Source: Chiloscyllium plagiosum
Lineage: Eukaryota
NCBI RefSeq assembly: GCF_004010195.1
Contig: NC_057719.1
Location: 69,440,401 to 69,504,400 of the forward strand
DNA: 64,000 nucleotides
Direction: 5' to 3'
Both the position numbers and the translations under genes were made by a program. Under the pieces are notes generated by a model. The model worked only from the letters and a program-made list of their open reading frames with translations, did not search any database and had not been told where the DNA came from. Below are positions 1 through 13,350 of the stretch, in pieces. The number at the start of each line of letters is the position of its first letter. Position 1 is the stretch's first letter.

Positions 1-859
1 TATAAAATATAAATAGCATATGACGACTCAATTTGGAGACTTCAGTAGATAGCGATGAAAATTGCACATCATGTCTTTCCAAATTCTAATATGAAGGGCA
101 CCTATTCTACTTGAGTCAGTGCACCTTATACCTGTACAACAAAGCAGCATAATGTGACAGAATAAGAAACCAGTGTACCAAGCAAATTGATTATTGGGTG
201 GGCAACTGAAACGATTGTTGGGACTTTGCTTATAAAAAAAAATTGGTCCTGACTTTGGTTCAAGTCATGCCATACTGGTACATTTTGCTGCTATAAGAAT
301 CAAATTGCTCTGTGGTGCGGTCATGAGGTTACAAACAAATTTGGAATGATCACTAACTCTACAAACTTTTTGTTTATTCCTTACAAGGCAAACAGACCCT
401 GGGTACTCAGCTGAGAGTAGCTTACCTTCAGGTCCAGAAAAGCTTTGATTATCAGATTCACAATTCACTTGGACTTGTGCAGCTATAACAACACTCAGTC
501 ACCCAGTGTAGAGAGGTTTGCTCGGTTTGCCTCATCACTAGATCTGACAGTGCAACATATCTGTAATGCTTAGTCTACATATGCACTGCCTAAGTTTAAA
601 CTAAGCTTACCCTAACAGTATCTCCTTCTTTACTTCTATCTCTAGGAACAAAAAAACAACAACTTTGGGTCATCACTTCCATGCTTTCCACAGGAAGTCA
701 GCTTGAACATGCATTGTTATTGCTTCATCAGTTGGTTCTAAATTTTGGGATTTCCTACCAATGGTGGAAGCACCATTCACAAAATAATCAAACCGTGATT
801 GTAACGTGTAGTTTAAAATTAATTTATAAAGATTCAATTCAGAAGAAAATAACCAGAAT

Positions 860-1171
860 GGGCAGCACGGTGGTACAGTGGTTAGCACTGCTGCCTCGCA
901 GCGCCAGAGACCCGGGTTCAATTCCCGCCTCAGGCGACTGACTGTGTGGAGTTTGCACGTTCTCCCCGTGTCTGCGTGGGTTTCCTCTGGGTGCTCCGGT
1001 TTCCTCCCACAGTCCAAAGATGTGCAAGTCAGGTGAATTGACCATGCTAAATTGCCCGTAGTGTTAGGTAAAGGGGTAAATGTAGGGGTATGGGTGGGTT
1101 ACGCTTCGGTGGGTCGGTGTGGACTTGTTGGGCCGAAGGGCCTGTTTCCACACTAAGTAATCTAATCTAAT
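860..1171 (+). mobile_element. HE1-type V-SINE, near full length
   Basis: tRNA-like head with A box (TGGTACAGTGG) and B box (GGTTCAATTCC), V-domain core GTGTGGAGTTTGCACGTTCTCCCCGTGTCTGCGTGGGTTTCC, CR1-like 3' end GGGCCGAAGGGCCTGTTTCC, and (AATCT)n tail. Confidence 0.92.
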
Positions 1172-3179
1172 AAATACAAAGAGGCAATATTTTGTGCTCT
1201 TTATCATAACTGATATACTTTACAGGAAAAAGGTTTGTATGCAAGTGTCAAATTTCAAATAGGTTGAAGCAAAATGGTTTTATATTCTTTATAGTTGAAA
1301 CGTTCAGTAATGTGTATTACTTAGGTTTACCAAATATGGAACAATTATTGGAAATAGTATTGGAGAGCTGCTTGTAATCATTCAATTGCATTAGTTAGCA
1401 TTTTAAGTGAAGCAAGAGGAAAATGTCATTAGAAAAAGGGAGAATTCTACCTACTCAGAATCAAGAATTCAGCAAGGGTAAATCAGGAAATTACAGAATA
1501 AACTCATTCAATTCATTGTGAGCTACACTTAATAGCATTTTCCACCTGACAACAGTACAAACAGAGGCAGAGGAAAAGCAGGCTGCAAGGATATACTATT
1601 TTTCTCTGGTGCACGTCAAACTTAGTTTTATTATTTTCATGCCCCCTCTAACCTGTGGATTGCACAAAACTCCAAAAGGTGAAATAATTGTCAGTTTGTG
1701 CTACTGAGAAAGACAAGCAAGAATGTCCAAAGCTGTAAAAGGCATCATCAAAAGGAAATATCATTCATACACTCGTACTGTGTAACAAAACAGAACTGTT
1801 AAAGCACACAGTTGTAACATAACCCACAATTTAGATTTCCAATATGCATTCACAAGGCAGTTAGTTTCTTGTCAACTTAGTCTAATTATAGCAGAAACAC
1901 AATGGCAAAAAAAAAAGCAAGTCCAGCATGGTGTCTTCACGCAATCAAACACTAAAACAGCAGTCACCTCTGTTCTTAACCTGCTACACTCCAAAGCACA
2001 TATAACCTTTTTTTGTGTGTTTCATTTCTAGTTGGTACTCACTACATTTTTGTCTTTAATCCTGTTCGAGTAAGAGTGAGGGAAGTCTGTTTTAAAAATG
2101 TTTGCCTCTCTTCTTGATGGCATTATTTTCTCACAGGATTACAGTCACCGCTGCTTTGTTTACAAATTTTCATATAGTCTGGTATTTCATTATCAAATTC
2201 TCTTCAACACAATGGTGATACAAACCAGAGTAGTTTAGATGAAAGACGATGAAATTTTTATTTATGAACAAAGCACGACAATAATTAAAATACACAGAGT
2301 TATGAGCTTGCCTCAGCAGATCAGGGGACTTGTACACACCAGCAGTAATTTACAAGCAGCTCTCCAATACTATTTCCAAATAATTGTTCCATGTTTGGTA
2401 AACCTAAGTAGTAAAAACTTGCACTTATGTAACTTTGAAAAATAAATATTCCAAAAGTACTTTGTAGGGTTAAGAACTTCTGCAAGTGGATGCAATCCAA
2501 TGTCTCGAGATGGGGTTGGTAGAAAGGACAAACAGGTAATAGGAAGAGCAGACAAAGTGTAATGGCCTGCTGTCTTTTATACTCCACTCCCAATGGTCAG
2601 TCTATGCCATCCTTTAAAGCAACTTCATGTAGCCAAAAGAAGCCTCCCAAAAACGAAGTACAATTTGTATTTGTAAGCTGCAGTGAAACTTGGATGAGTT
2701 TACAGTAATGCTTCTAAAAGTTGTCGTGTCTGAAAAAGAAAGGTATTTTGCGCAGCACCAAGCCCTCCGGTGGAATGCTACTGATGACTGAATGTACACC
2801 AGGATGTTTGGAATTTTGTACATTGACTGCGCACGTTAAACTTTCAAAGTAAAATTGATGAATTGGTTTCATCCCACAAGATACAAACATGATATTCAAG
2901 TAACTATGGCTCACAACTAGTTTAAAATCATTTATAGCCTGCTAATTACAAGAACATTATTCTTTAACTGTTTCAGGTCAGGTGTCAATTCTTGATGCTC
3001 CTGTGCTAAGTATAGAATTTTGCGCAAACGATATTTCAATCCATTGCCAATGTTTCATAGCTGAAAGTCCCATAAGAGCTGGTGTTGAGCTTATATTCTA
3101 TCTGATCAACATAGTTCACCTCATTCACTTCAGCAACTGATGTGATCAAATTATGATAATTGCAATTTTAAAATGTTAT

Positions 3180-3640
3180 TTTTATTAATTCACTGGATGA
3201 TGTTGGCACTAGCAAAGACCACCCCTCTGCCTCATCCCAATTTTTCTCAAATCTGTGTCAAGATGATATTCGCCACAGTCATGTTTGAACAAAATTACAG
3301 GATCTTTAACTTATAACGAAGAGAGGAAAGGATTCCAAGTCAGAATGATGTATGATTTGGAAACGTCTCTGCAGATTGTGGCATGTTCATGGATTTGGTG
3401 GCTTAGGAGGCCATTTCAGAGGATGGTTACATGTCTATCACACTGTTGTTGATCTGGAATTATAGGCAAGAGCAGTAAGTATGACAGATTTCCTTCCCAA
3501 AAAGGGTAGAAAGGGTTGAAGACAATTTCGTAGTTTCATGGTCAGTATTATTGGTACTAGCTTTTAAATGTCAGATTTAATTAACAAATTAATTTTCCCA
3601 ACTTCCTGGGTGGGGTCTCTCCAGCAGACTATTTAACACC
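3180..3640 (-). mobile_element. Decayed tRNA-derived SINE (same family as 9660 and 60690)
   Basis: Shares the motifs CAGATTTCCTTCC, TCATGGTCA..ATT, ACTAGCTTTT and the tail with the copy at 60690-61005. Confidence 0.55.
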
Positions 3641-4974
3641 GAACTAAACCATAAACAAGTGGCAAAAATGTCAGTTTTTTGATTCTAATGTTTCAAATAA
3701 ACACAAAGCAATGCAGAATAAAACAAAATACACTTTCAACACCCATACAGGAGCTCTTTGCTTCACATGAAACTAATACAGGTAGAAAATCTTAGTTGGT
3801 TCTACATGTAAACAATAACTACACTTTGATAATATATCGAATTACTGCCTCACATTTTCTCAGTGGCATGCAGCTACAATGTAATAGCCATTTTAACCCC
3901 AATGTTGGGTATTTAAAATGACAAATCACTGCCGACTTTTGTGACAAACGGTTCAGAAAGTACATTTTTTGTGTTTTGAGAACACAGCAGAAAACAGCAG
4001 ACAAGCAATAACAATGTCAGCAGGCAAAGAGCGTCATCAATACAGCAGGCTACAATTACCATCATCTTGTCATTGTCTTCTCTCGTAATTAAGAATCCAC
4101 TTGCATTTTTCTTTTCACTGCCATGAAAACAAGACTACTTTTGCTCAACCTGTCAAATGCTCACACAAGATATTTTGAGACACAACCGTGGAGCTACAAT
4201 TTCTCAAACCAATTTTTTGAACCCTGCTATTTGTCAAAGGCCAAGATGCATCACTTCACATATTCTTCTTGCTACGGTTTCCCCACTTATGTCGTCAAGC
4301 AACACGTGTTATTGGTAGGGACCACAAAAACAACATGGATAGTCTAATTAAGCATGCCAATTGGAAAAACTGTCAGATTCTTGACCTATAGGGTGAGTGA
4401 AGGGTTGTTGGGAGCAGACAGAAAAACAGAGCCGTGGTGAATACCAGAACAGCCAAGGTCCTATTATATATATCAGCATAGGCTTGAGGGACTGCATAGT
4501 CCACTCCTATTGATAACGATATTGTATTTTCCACTTCATTTAATTTTCAAATGCAAATGGTCAATCAGAACACCAATTCATTAATCTAGTTTCTTCTCTA
4601 GCATTCAAGCAAAGTTGAATTTCAGAATTGCCACGGCAAGTTTCTCTTTCCTCGGCATTGAGCTATACTGGGTCAGTAGGGTGTGACGCTTTGAACTACC
4701 AGAAAAACAGAACTGCTTTCTGATTTGTTCGATGGCACCAGCAGAACAATTGTTGTTAAACTAAATCAGAACCAATGCAAAAACTAATATCTTCAGCATC
4801 AGTGAAACAGTTATTACATAAGATAGCTTTCCACTTTAGCTACAATGCCTGATGCTGCCAGCCCTTAAAGCTTGCACAAATGTTGTTTATTGACAAAATC
4901 ATTGTCTTCTCAAATTTTTAGTGAACATTCCATTCACCTGACTGCAGGTCAGAAGGATCAGGCAGACTCAACTT

Positions 4975-6150
4975 AGACAAAGTGACCCCGCAGTTCAGTT
5001 ACAGCTTCCCATCCTGGCTGTCCCTCTTCCCCAGTGATTGCAATCAGGAGCCCACCCTACCAGACCAATGTCGCCTTGAAGACTGTTGCAGAGGTTTGCA
5101 CTCATGAGGTACACGAGAGTTCCTAGCTCCAGTAAGGAAAAGAATAACTGACCTCCTGTGTTCCACAGGTGTATGTGGCACCATACAGTTGTTATTGTAA
5201 AGTGATATGCATAAGGGAATCACTTTACCAGCACAAAGGCATGCTAGAGAAGAGGATCACTTGCGAGCCTCATTACCAGCTGGCGTATGTGCAACTGAAT
5301 ACGCTACATCCACCTCATGCAGTTAACATTCCAATTACAGGACATTGCTGCTGATCATTACTGGCATAGGTATTGGGGCAAGAAGTTCCCGTGCATCCAC
5401 TGGGATGACACTATCATTTTCTTTGTCTGCCTGCAACAGGGAGAGAGGTTGGCCTACTTTCAGACTGGCAGAACTGTCGGATCTTTGACCATTAACTCCT
5501 TTTGATGAAGCTGCAGAGCTGGTAAGAGAGGACTGTGACAATACTTACACCACTCATAGGAAGCCAAAGGGATGCCCTCAGTTTGTTACCAGATGTGCCA
5601 AGAGTGAGATATTCTTCAGAAAAAGGGAGTGTCAACTAATTTGTCTCAAGAATCAGAAGAGTGGAGATCAGACCACCCCCACACAGCCTCAATCCAAGCT
5701 TTCACACTTAACCATAAGATCTGTTGCCTGCGTTTGCATGTCCAATGGAACATTAGGCAGAGGTCATGCCCATACAAAAATCAAAAGATAGAGCTGTCAC
5801 TCAAGATCTTGTATCTGTTGCTCCAAGATCTTCTGGCATGTATGCATTTGGTTGACACCACAGAAAAGATAGTGAACACCTTGGAGACCAGGTCCAGCAC
5901 AACACTCAGTGACTGTCAAATGTATACTTCAACAAGACACGTCAACTTTGTTTCACATGCCCCTTCACCTCCAAGTTGTCAGTGGCCATCGACAGAGTAG
6001 AGGAGTGCCAGCAAGTTTATCGCAGGGCTTCTTGTCAGAATACTCTGGGGGTGACCTGCTACTCAGCCTCCCCTCCACTACCAACTCTTGTGCAGGTGAC
6101 TGTTAAAGGAGTGTTCAAATAAGAGGTGGTCAACATATGGCTCAAACGTG
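4975..6150 (+). pseudogene. Decayed Myb/SANT-like ORF, probably from a Harbinger transposon
   Basis: Frameshifted translation KVTPQFS..LFPSD..PPYQTNVALKTVAEVCTHEVHESS*LQ-RKRITDLLCST (about 4978-5168) resembles the Harbinger-associated Myb/SANT pattern (PRFS...LF...AW..IA.EV....R...QCRKR.NDL). The 3' boundary is uncertain. Confidence 0.55.
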
Positions 6151-6232
6151 CAGGATTTCATTCAGCAAGGGACTGTGGTACTTTATTAGTCTCCAACCCA
6201 TAGAGCAATGGATGCACGATCACAGATTATGC

Positions 6233-6890
6233 TCAAGGCCATTCTTCCATGGCTGACATACTTTTCAATCCCATTCTCCTACTTTTTTCATAACCCTCCA
6301 TTCCCTTACCAATCAAGAACCTATCTATCCCTGTCTTAAAGGCACTCAATGACTTGACCTCCACAGCCCTCAGCAATGACTCCCACAGATTCACCACCCT
6401 CTGACTGAAGAAATTCTGCTTCATCTTCATTCTAAAGGATCATCCCTTCACTATGAGGCTGTGACCTCAGATCAAGTCTCTCCTTTTTAGGGGAACATCT
6501 CTTTACCCACTGAATCCAGGCCTCTCAGTATTCCATAACTTTCAATGCGATCCCTCCTTATCCTTCTTAACTCTAGTACAGACCCAAAAGTTCTTAACCA
6601 TTGATGTGACAAATCCTTCAGCCCTAGGACCATTCTTTTAACGTCCTCTGAACCCATTCCAACACAGTACATCCTTAGATACTGGGACCAAAACTGCTCA
6701 CAATATTCCAAATGGAATCCGACCAGAGCGTTGTACAGCCTCTGCAGTACATCTCTGCTCTAGTCCTCTAAAGCTGAATGCTAACATTGCATTTGCCTTT
6801 TTAACTGCCAAGTGAACCTGCATATTAAGCTTAAGAGAAGCCTGAACTAGAAATCCCAGGTCCCTCTGTGCATCAGATGTCCAAAGCTTT
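6233..6890 (-). mobile_element. CR1 LINE 3' fragment
   Basis: ORF remnants FFSQRVVNLW and EYCEQFWS are typical of the CR1 ORF2 C-terminus. Confidence 0.85.
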
Positions 6891-6988
6891 CAATCGATAC
6901 TAGAAGAGATTTCTAGCTGAAAAAGATATCCAGGGCCATAGGCATATTCAGGAATAAGGCAGCAAGCTGGAAGATCAGCCATGGTTTA

Positions 6989-7283
6989 GGAGCAGCATGG
7001 TGGCTCAGTGGGTAGCACTGCTGCCTCACAGCACCAGGGTCCCAAGTTCGATTCTAGCCTTGGGCAACTGTCTGTGTGGAGTTTGCACATCCTCCAGGTG
7101 CTCCAGTTTCCTCCCACAGTCCAAAGATGTGCAGGTCAGGTGAATTGGTCATGGCAAATTGCCCATAGTGTTTGGTGCATCAGTTAGAGGGAAATGGGTC
7201 TGGGTGGGTTACTCTTCGGAGGGGCGGTGTGAACTGGTTGGGCCGAAGGGCCTGTTTCCACACTGTAGGGAATCTAATCTAAT
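6989..7283 (+). mobile_element. HE1-type V-SINE
   Basis: Aligns with 860-1171 (A/B boxes, V domain with an internal deletion, AATCT tail). Confidence 0.9.
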
Positions 7284-7959
7284 AGTGGATTATACTGAAC
7301 TATTTGAATGGTCTATCTTGGCTCTTCTTTCCTCAGTCTGGGTCTTACAAATACTGTTGCAAGATCTTTAACCTTTAACCGGACAGGTCCTCTGACATGT
7401 TTCACTTCAGCATGACGGCATTCTGTTATTGCTTTCTGGTCTCTTGAAGGCACTCAAAAAGCATTGGAGCAGAAGGGTGACAAGATTGCACCCAAGACTA
7501 AGATACCAAGTGGTTTTCAATACAGTTTGCCTTTGGCTTGCTTGAGCAAAGCCCCATAATCAAACTTCCCTCCAGGACGGAGAGATCACGGAACATGCAG
7601 TGCTGTGCAAGCACAGCTATGCACAATTAGCACAAAAGCTACATTTTGTACTGATTCACAAATGCAAGAGATCACACTGTTGGCATAGAGAATTAAAAGA
7701 GGTCACTATTTAACAGAACAAAAACAATATAAAATTTAATAACTAGCTAGTCTATGTCCCAATAAGTAACAACATCCTCTGAACTTGTCTTTGAATTTAA
7801 TGGTCCACTTTCTTTTAAAAGTATTGTCAGCTCACTCAACGGGGTATCTGCCAGATATAACAGGCTGCTATGAGTATGCCTGCTTTGTCTCACAAACACA
7901 CTGGATTCTTGACATTCCATTTTGTCTCCATCTCTTCCTCTACAAAGACAACTCCCTTC

Positions 7960-8340
7960 TCTTGAGAGAGACTGAGGAGGGCACAGACAGAATGATGCAA
8001 GATGAATGTCATTTACAGAAGGTCATGGCCTGCTCAATGGTGGCTTCTGTGGAGAGCATTGCAGTTCTCCTTCACATTCTTCATCTGTGTAATCAGCCAG
8101 GTCTTGAGGTACCCCTTGTCTTCCAACACTCAGACAAAGTAATGCAAACCTTTGATATTTGGGTGTCTTCAAAAGCAATAATAAAATGCCATCATGCTGA
8201 AGTGGAGCATGTTCAAAGATCCATTCAGTTCAAGGTTCAAGATCTTGCAACAGTGTTTGAAGAGGGACATAGAATGAACCTGGCATTATTCTCATCTGGA
8301 TTTGTCAAAGTAGCAGCTAAAGTTCCCTATATAAACTGAT
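7960..8340 (-). pseudogene. Decayed Harbinger/HARBI1-like DDE transposase fragment
   Basis: Minus-strand remnants occur in the correct order: QHD(A)F (~8190), LEDKGY-LKTWLIT (8128-8088) and TEATIEQA.DLL*MTF...AL (8050-7975). They match the HARBI1-family motifs HD, LGDxGYPLxxWLxTP and TRxxIEqAIGLLKMRFRCL. Confidence 0.65.
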
Positions 8341-9914
8341 TAACTAAAATATGGGTGGATATTCATCATCGAACCTGATTAACTGAGTTTCTCTCAAAGA
8401 AGTTGCCTGATTGATGTTTATGCACTCTTCAAAAAAATTTATTGCTAGCTTCAGGATTCAATCTGCACAGAATGCTGGGGTAACCCTCAAGTTAAACTGT
8501 CAGTCATTTTTTCTGAAAAAAAAGTAACTATGGTCCTCTAGACCTTTAATGGACTTTCCCTTGTAGTGGCATTCCCAGGCCCCTTAAGCACAGTGACCAT
8601 ACTGATATTGATCATTTCTTTCAATTGAACCTTATAATGACATGTATCTAAATTTGTTTGACTTTGAAATCCCTGAAAAAATTCATTAAGAACTTGACTA
8701 ATACATCTAAACTTTTGGTGACCCAAAAATAAGTGCAAATTCCAGTGTTCCAAACCACAGATAAGTAAGTAGCAGGATAAATTGGCTTTGAAACCAAAAT
8801 AGCTTGAGTAAGCGCAATTATCTTTTCCTATCTAACAAAACCATTGAACATATTTTAGCTCACATTAGATAATGACAGTATGTCAGAGTCTTTAAAATGG
8901 ACTGTTACAAAGTCTGGAATTGATTAGATTATACCAAGTTGATAGCAATGGAAGAACAAATTAGTCCTGCATTTAGAGCAGTTGTGAAAGAATTAACATA
9001 AACAATGAGGAAAGTATTATTCTCAACCCATCTGTTCGCATTACTACATAACATTGCAAATCCATGTGGCCAACAAGCAATTTAACAAGTGATTTCACAC
9101 AATTTCACTCAAAGTTGTTAAACTATAACTGCTGAGAGCCCAACATTAAGTCTCAAAAGCTATCAAAAACTGGTATTGGATTTAAATGAGAATCCAAGTA
9201 TAACTAGGTACACCGTAAAACATTCTGAAAGAGATGAAAATATTAATCTAGAAGGCAAAGATGGCAGAGCCCAAAAACAATATTGCATATGCTTGAAATC
9301 TCAAACAACAGAAAATGCTCATAGTAGTCAGTAGGCCAAGTTGCACCCATGGAGAGAAAATAAAACATTTAACATTTCAGATCTTCAGGAAAACTTGCAG
9401 GTTTGCTCAAGTTAATGTCATCTTTTAAATGAAACACATCCTTCAGAACCTCTCTGCCCAGGCAACATCTCATGAAAATGATGTGCTGAACACATGAGAA
9501 AATGCAAAAAAGTAGACAGAACACGTTGCATATTTATAAATGCACTCAAAACTGGGAGGAGTACTGCACTAGTTTGTTTCTGCTTACAGATAAATTGAAA
9601 TCATTAAACCAGTCAGTCACCATTGTAGTTGTTAAATTATGCAAAATTGTTAAAGTACAGTGAGACAGTGGCATCATAGTAATGTGATCTGAGAGCATGG
9701 GCAAATGTTCTGTAGTACAGGAATCCAAACAGCACAACAGCAGCTGCGAGAACTTCAATCCAATTAATAATTCTAGAATGGGAAACTAGCCTCAGCAATG
9801 ACAACCATGACAACTATCATTTGTCACGATAAAGAAAGAATCATTTAGGTCACTGATGTCCTGTATGGATGAAAAAAAAATCCACTTTTCTTGCCCATTT
9901 TGATCTAGACAGTC

Positions 9915-11490
9915 TTCGAGACATACAGCACAGAAACAGACCGTTCAGTCCAACTTGTCCATGCCAAGCAGATATCCAAACCTAATCTAATCCCATTTGC
10001 CAGCACTTGGCCAATATCCCTCTAAACCATTCCTATTCATATAGCATTCCAGATGTAGTTGTGACAGCCTCCACCACTTCCTGTGGCACTCATTCCATAC
10101 ACACTCCATTTTGCCTATCCATGCCCCTCATGATTTTGTAAACCTCAAAAAGGTCACCCCTCAGCCTCCAACGCTCCAGGGAAAACAGTCCCAGCCTATT
10201 CAGCCACTCCCTCTAGCTCAAATCCTCAAACCCTGGCAACTTCCTCGTAAGTCTTTTCTGAACCCTTTCAGGTTTCACATGCAATATTCCAAAAGTGGCC
10301 TAACCAATGTCCTGCACAGCCACAACATGACCTCCCAACCCCTGTACTCAATACTCTGACCATTGAAAAAAAGCATACCGAATGTCGTCTTCGCTAGAAA
10401 ATCTGCGAATTTCAAGGAGCTATGAACCTGCACTCCAAGTTCTCTTTGTTCAGCAACACTGCCTAGGCCCTTACCATTAAGTGCATAAATCCTGCTCTAA
10501 TTTGCTTTTCCAGAATGCAGCACCTCGCATTTATCTGAATTAAACTCCATCTGACACTTCCCAGCCCACTGGCCCATCTGATCGAGATCCCGCTGTACTG
10601 AGGTAACCTTCTTCACTGTCCACTACACCTCCAATTTTGGTGTCATCTGCAAACTTACTAATTATACCTCTTATGCTCACATCCAAATCATTTATATAAA
10701 TAACGAAAAGTAATGGGCCCAGCACTGATCCTTGTGGCACTCCATTGGTCACAGGCCTCCAGTCTGAAAAACAACCCTCCACCACCACACTGTCTTCTAC
10801 CTTCGAGGCAGTTCTATATCCAAATGGCTCGGCCTCCCTGTATTCCAGGAGATTTAACCTTGCTAACCAGTCTCCCATGGGGAACCTAGTCAAATGCCTT
10901 AGTAAAGTCCATATAGATCATGTTTACTGCTCTTCCCTCGATCAATCCTCTTTGTTACTGCCTCAAAAAACTCAAATCAAATTCGAGAGACATGATTTCC
11001 CATGCACAAAACCATGCTGACATTATCCCGAATCAGGCAAAAGTGAAGGGCTTTTGCCCAAAATGTCGATTTTCCTGCTCCTCGGAAGCTGCCTGACCTA
11101 CTATGCTTTTCTAGCACCATTCTTATCTAAACTCATTATCCCGAATCAGTCCTTGCCTTTCCAAATACATGTAAATCCAGTCACTCAGGATTCCCTCCAA
11201 CAATTTGCCCACCATTGATGTCAGGCTCACCGGTCTATAGTTCCCTGGCTTTTCCTTACCACCTTTCTTAAATAGTGGCACCACGTTAGTTAACCTCCAG
11301 ATTTGACATCTCACCTGTGACTACTGATGATGCAAATATCTCAGCAAGGGGCCAGCAATCACTTCCCTAGCTTTCCAGAGAGTTCCAGGATACACTTGAT
11401 CAGGTCCTGGGGATTTATCCACTTGTGTGTGTTTCAAGACCTCCAGCACCTCATCCTCCGCAATATGAACATTTTTCCAAGATATTCACC
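9915..11490 (-). mobile_element. CR1 LINE, 5'-truncated and decayed RT region
   Basis: ORF track remnants NVVPLFKKGGKEKPGNYRPVSLTS and [21 protein letters not shown]...KFADDTK. Confidence 0.93.
11037..11133 (+). mobile_element. Short PLE-derived insertion (one arm of the fold-back family) with a 16-bp TSD
   Basis: Perfect duplication CATTATCCCGAATCAG at 11021-11036 and 11134-11149. The insert TGAAGGGCTTTTGCCCAAAATGTCGATTTTCCTGCTCC... matches 42974-43059. Confidence 0.88.
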
Positions 11491-13350
11491 ATGACTCCAG
11501 ACACACAGTAATGCCATTGAGTCTCAGCAATATTTGAGCATTGTGTTTGTGTTTGGCTTAACAAGAAGTGTCTGCATCTAACCCACAATCAAGCATGTCT
11601 TCTTTAACTTTTTAAAAAATCATATCTTTTCTCCTGGATAATGCTGTCGTGCTTCACAAACCACTAAATGCTTTGACACCATTTCAGTGTCTTACACTCA
11701 GTATGACCCTGGAGTGAAAATTGAAGGGCTAGAGGTTAAGTTGAGAGAGAAAGCTGAGGATGCACAGTTGGTACAAATGACAAAATATTTTTTAGCTGAT
11801 TCCAATGACATTCTCTCCCCCTAGGTTAATGACTGAGCACAACACTTTTATATTGCCATGTGATGGCAATATAAGCTGACTTGCGATGTTGAAATCCAAA
11901 GGAATCAGTGTCACGGCCTCTCTTGATATCAAGGGAACATGGTCATCCTGTTGAGTATAGGCTGGGAGGCAGGAAGGCTGACAAAGTAATGGGGACATAT
12001 CAGACATGTCCCTCATCTTTTGAATGCTTTGCATTGGTGGGAATTGAGAAGGTGGCAAAGAGCTTGGCTACCTGCAGACCAATGGAGATAATTAAGTGGG
12101 CAATTAAAAGTCTTTGCATTAAAGCACTAGCATTGTACCAACAAAGAGAAGAGAGGAGTCTTCAGCTCTAGCTTTCACCTCACCTTTAAATTACATGATA
12201 AATTAACTTTGCGCCCAGTGTCCTGAAGGAGTTCAAAAAGTAGTTAGACATTTAATACCTCAGAAACAAATTAAAAGTGATCTAATTTTGGTGAAGCTTT
12301 GCATTGTCTCATATACAGCTAAAGCTGTGAATTACATATAGCTAGTCCCACCAGTTGTTTTATGAACAAATCTATCTTCAACAGCTTTAATGCTAAAGAG
12401 AATGTTGATAAGGTAGCCAGTAAACATCTTACTTCCAGGTACAAACCCATAGGATTTTAACATCCAGATAAACACCAGAACAGATTGAGTAATACTTTCT
12501 CATTATTGCACTGAAACGTTCGTTACATACTGAAGTTTTGGAGTGGACTTTGAAAAAGACATATATATGCATATATTAACCTGAGTTCATGTGTGAGGAG
12601 AAAAAGTACAGCTGTCAGGAATGAGCTATTAGTGCTAGATCTGGGAGAGAACTGCTGTAAAGACTTGGTAGCTCCCAATATAAACAATGTGGTCATGTAC
12701 TCACCAAGAAACCTCCATTAGTGTCTAAAATATCCATTTAACTGCAACAACTCACGTTGTTTATATACTCAGTGATGACGCAAAACCAAAACTTAATGTG
12801 ACCTACTATCATTAGAAGCTGCTCTCCTGCTCATTTATTTGACTACCTTCTGTCCTGTGGGGGAGGCCCTGCTTTTCAAAAGGTATCTCAAATTAAACAG
12901 TTAGGCAGAGCTCATTACAGCTGGTCAGAAACAAAAATCTGATCGCTGTACACCACGATGGACATGAAAGAATAATCAGCAAATACCAGTGACCCACTAA
13001 ATAATTTCCATACATCTCTTATCCCAGGTTGTAACTAAATTGCAAAATGTTATTAAGCACTGTTGACTGCTGCTGCAGTTATCTGAAGGGATCTGACGGA
13101 TCATTCAATTTTTCTACCTAACCTTTATTGCTTGTGATAGAGCAATAAGACAAAGTGCATATAAAGCAAGTTGCTGTGCCAAAATGTTGGAGCTCCCTAC
13201 CTAACAGCTGACACCACACAGACTGTAACTAAGGTGACGAATTTACCAACTTCTCAAGGACAATGAGAGATGGTAACAAATACTGTCCGAATTAGTGATG
13301 CCTACATTCCGTGAACAAATGCACAAAAAAAGTCCTTTACATACTGTCAA

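Larger units (their letters stand above)
9660..11530 (+). mobile_element. tRNA-derived SINE split by a CR1 insertion (pieces ~9660-9910 and ~11491-11530)
   Basis: The left piece matches the reverse complement of the 60690 family up to TGATCTAGAC, and the family sequence resumes as ATGACTCCAGACACACAGTAATG after the CR1. Confidence 0.6.

Noticed and set aside
860..935. tRNA gene
   Set aside because: A and B boxes are present, but the sequence continues into the V-SINE body with no acceptor stem or terminator. The same applies to the heads at 27330-27407 and ~60505-60577.
673..1045. Overlapping ORFs (MDCGRKPEHPEETHADTGRTCKLH..., GSTVVQWLALLP...)
   Set aside because: These are translations of the HE1 SINE, a common source of spurious proteins.
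2770..2850. CTGATGA as a hammerhead core or C/D snoRNA box
   Set aside because: There is no properly spaced stem II + GAAA and no convincing terminal stem with a D box.
7785..8339. Longest ORF in the track (184 aa, plus strand) as a novel gene
   Set aside because: It has no recognisable motif and is the antisense shadow of the decayed Harbinger transposase on the minus strand.
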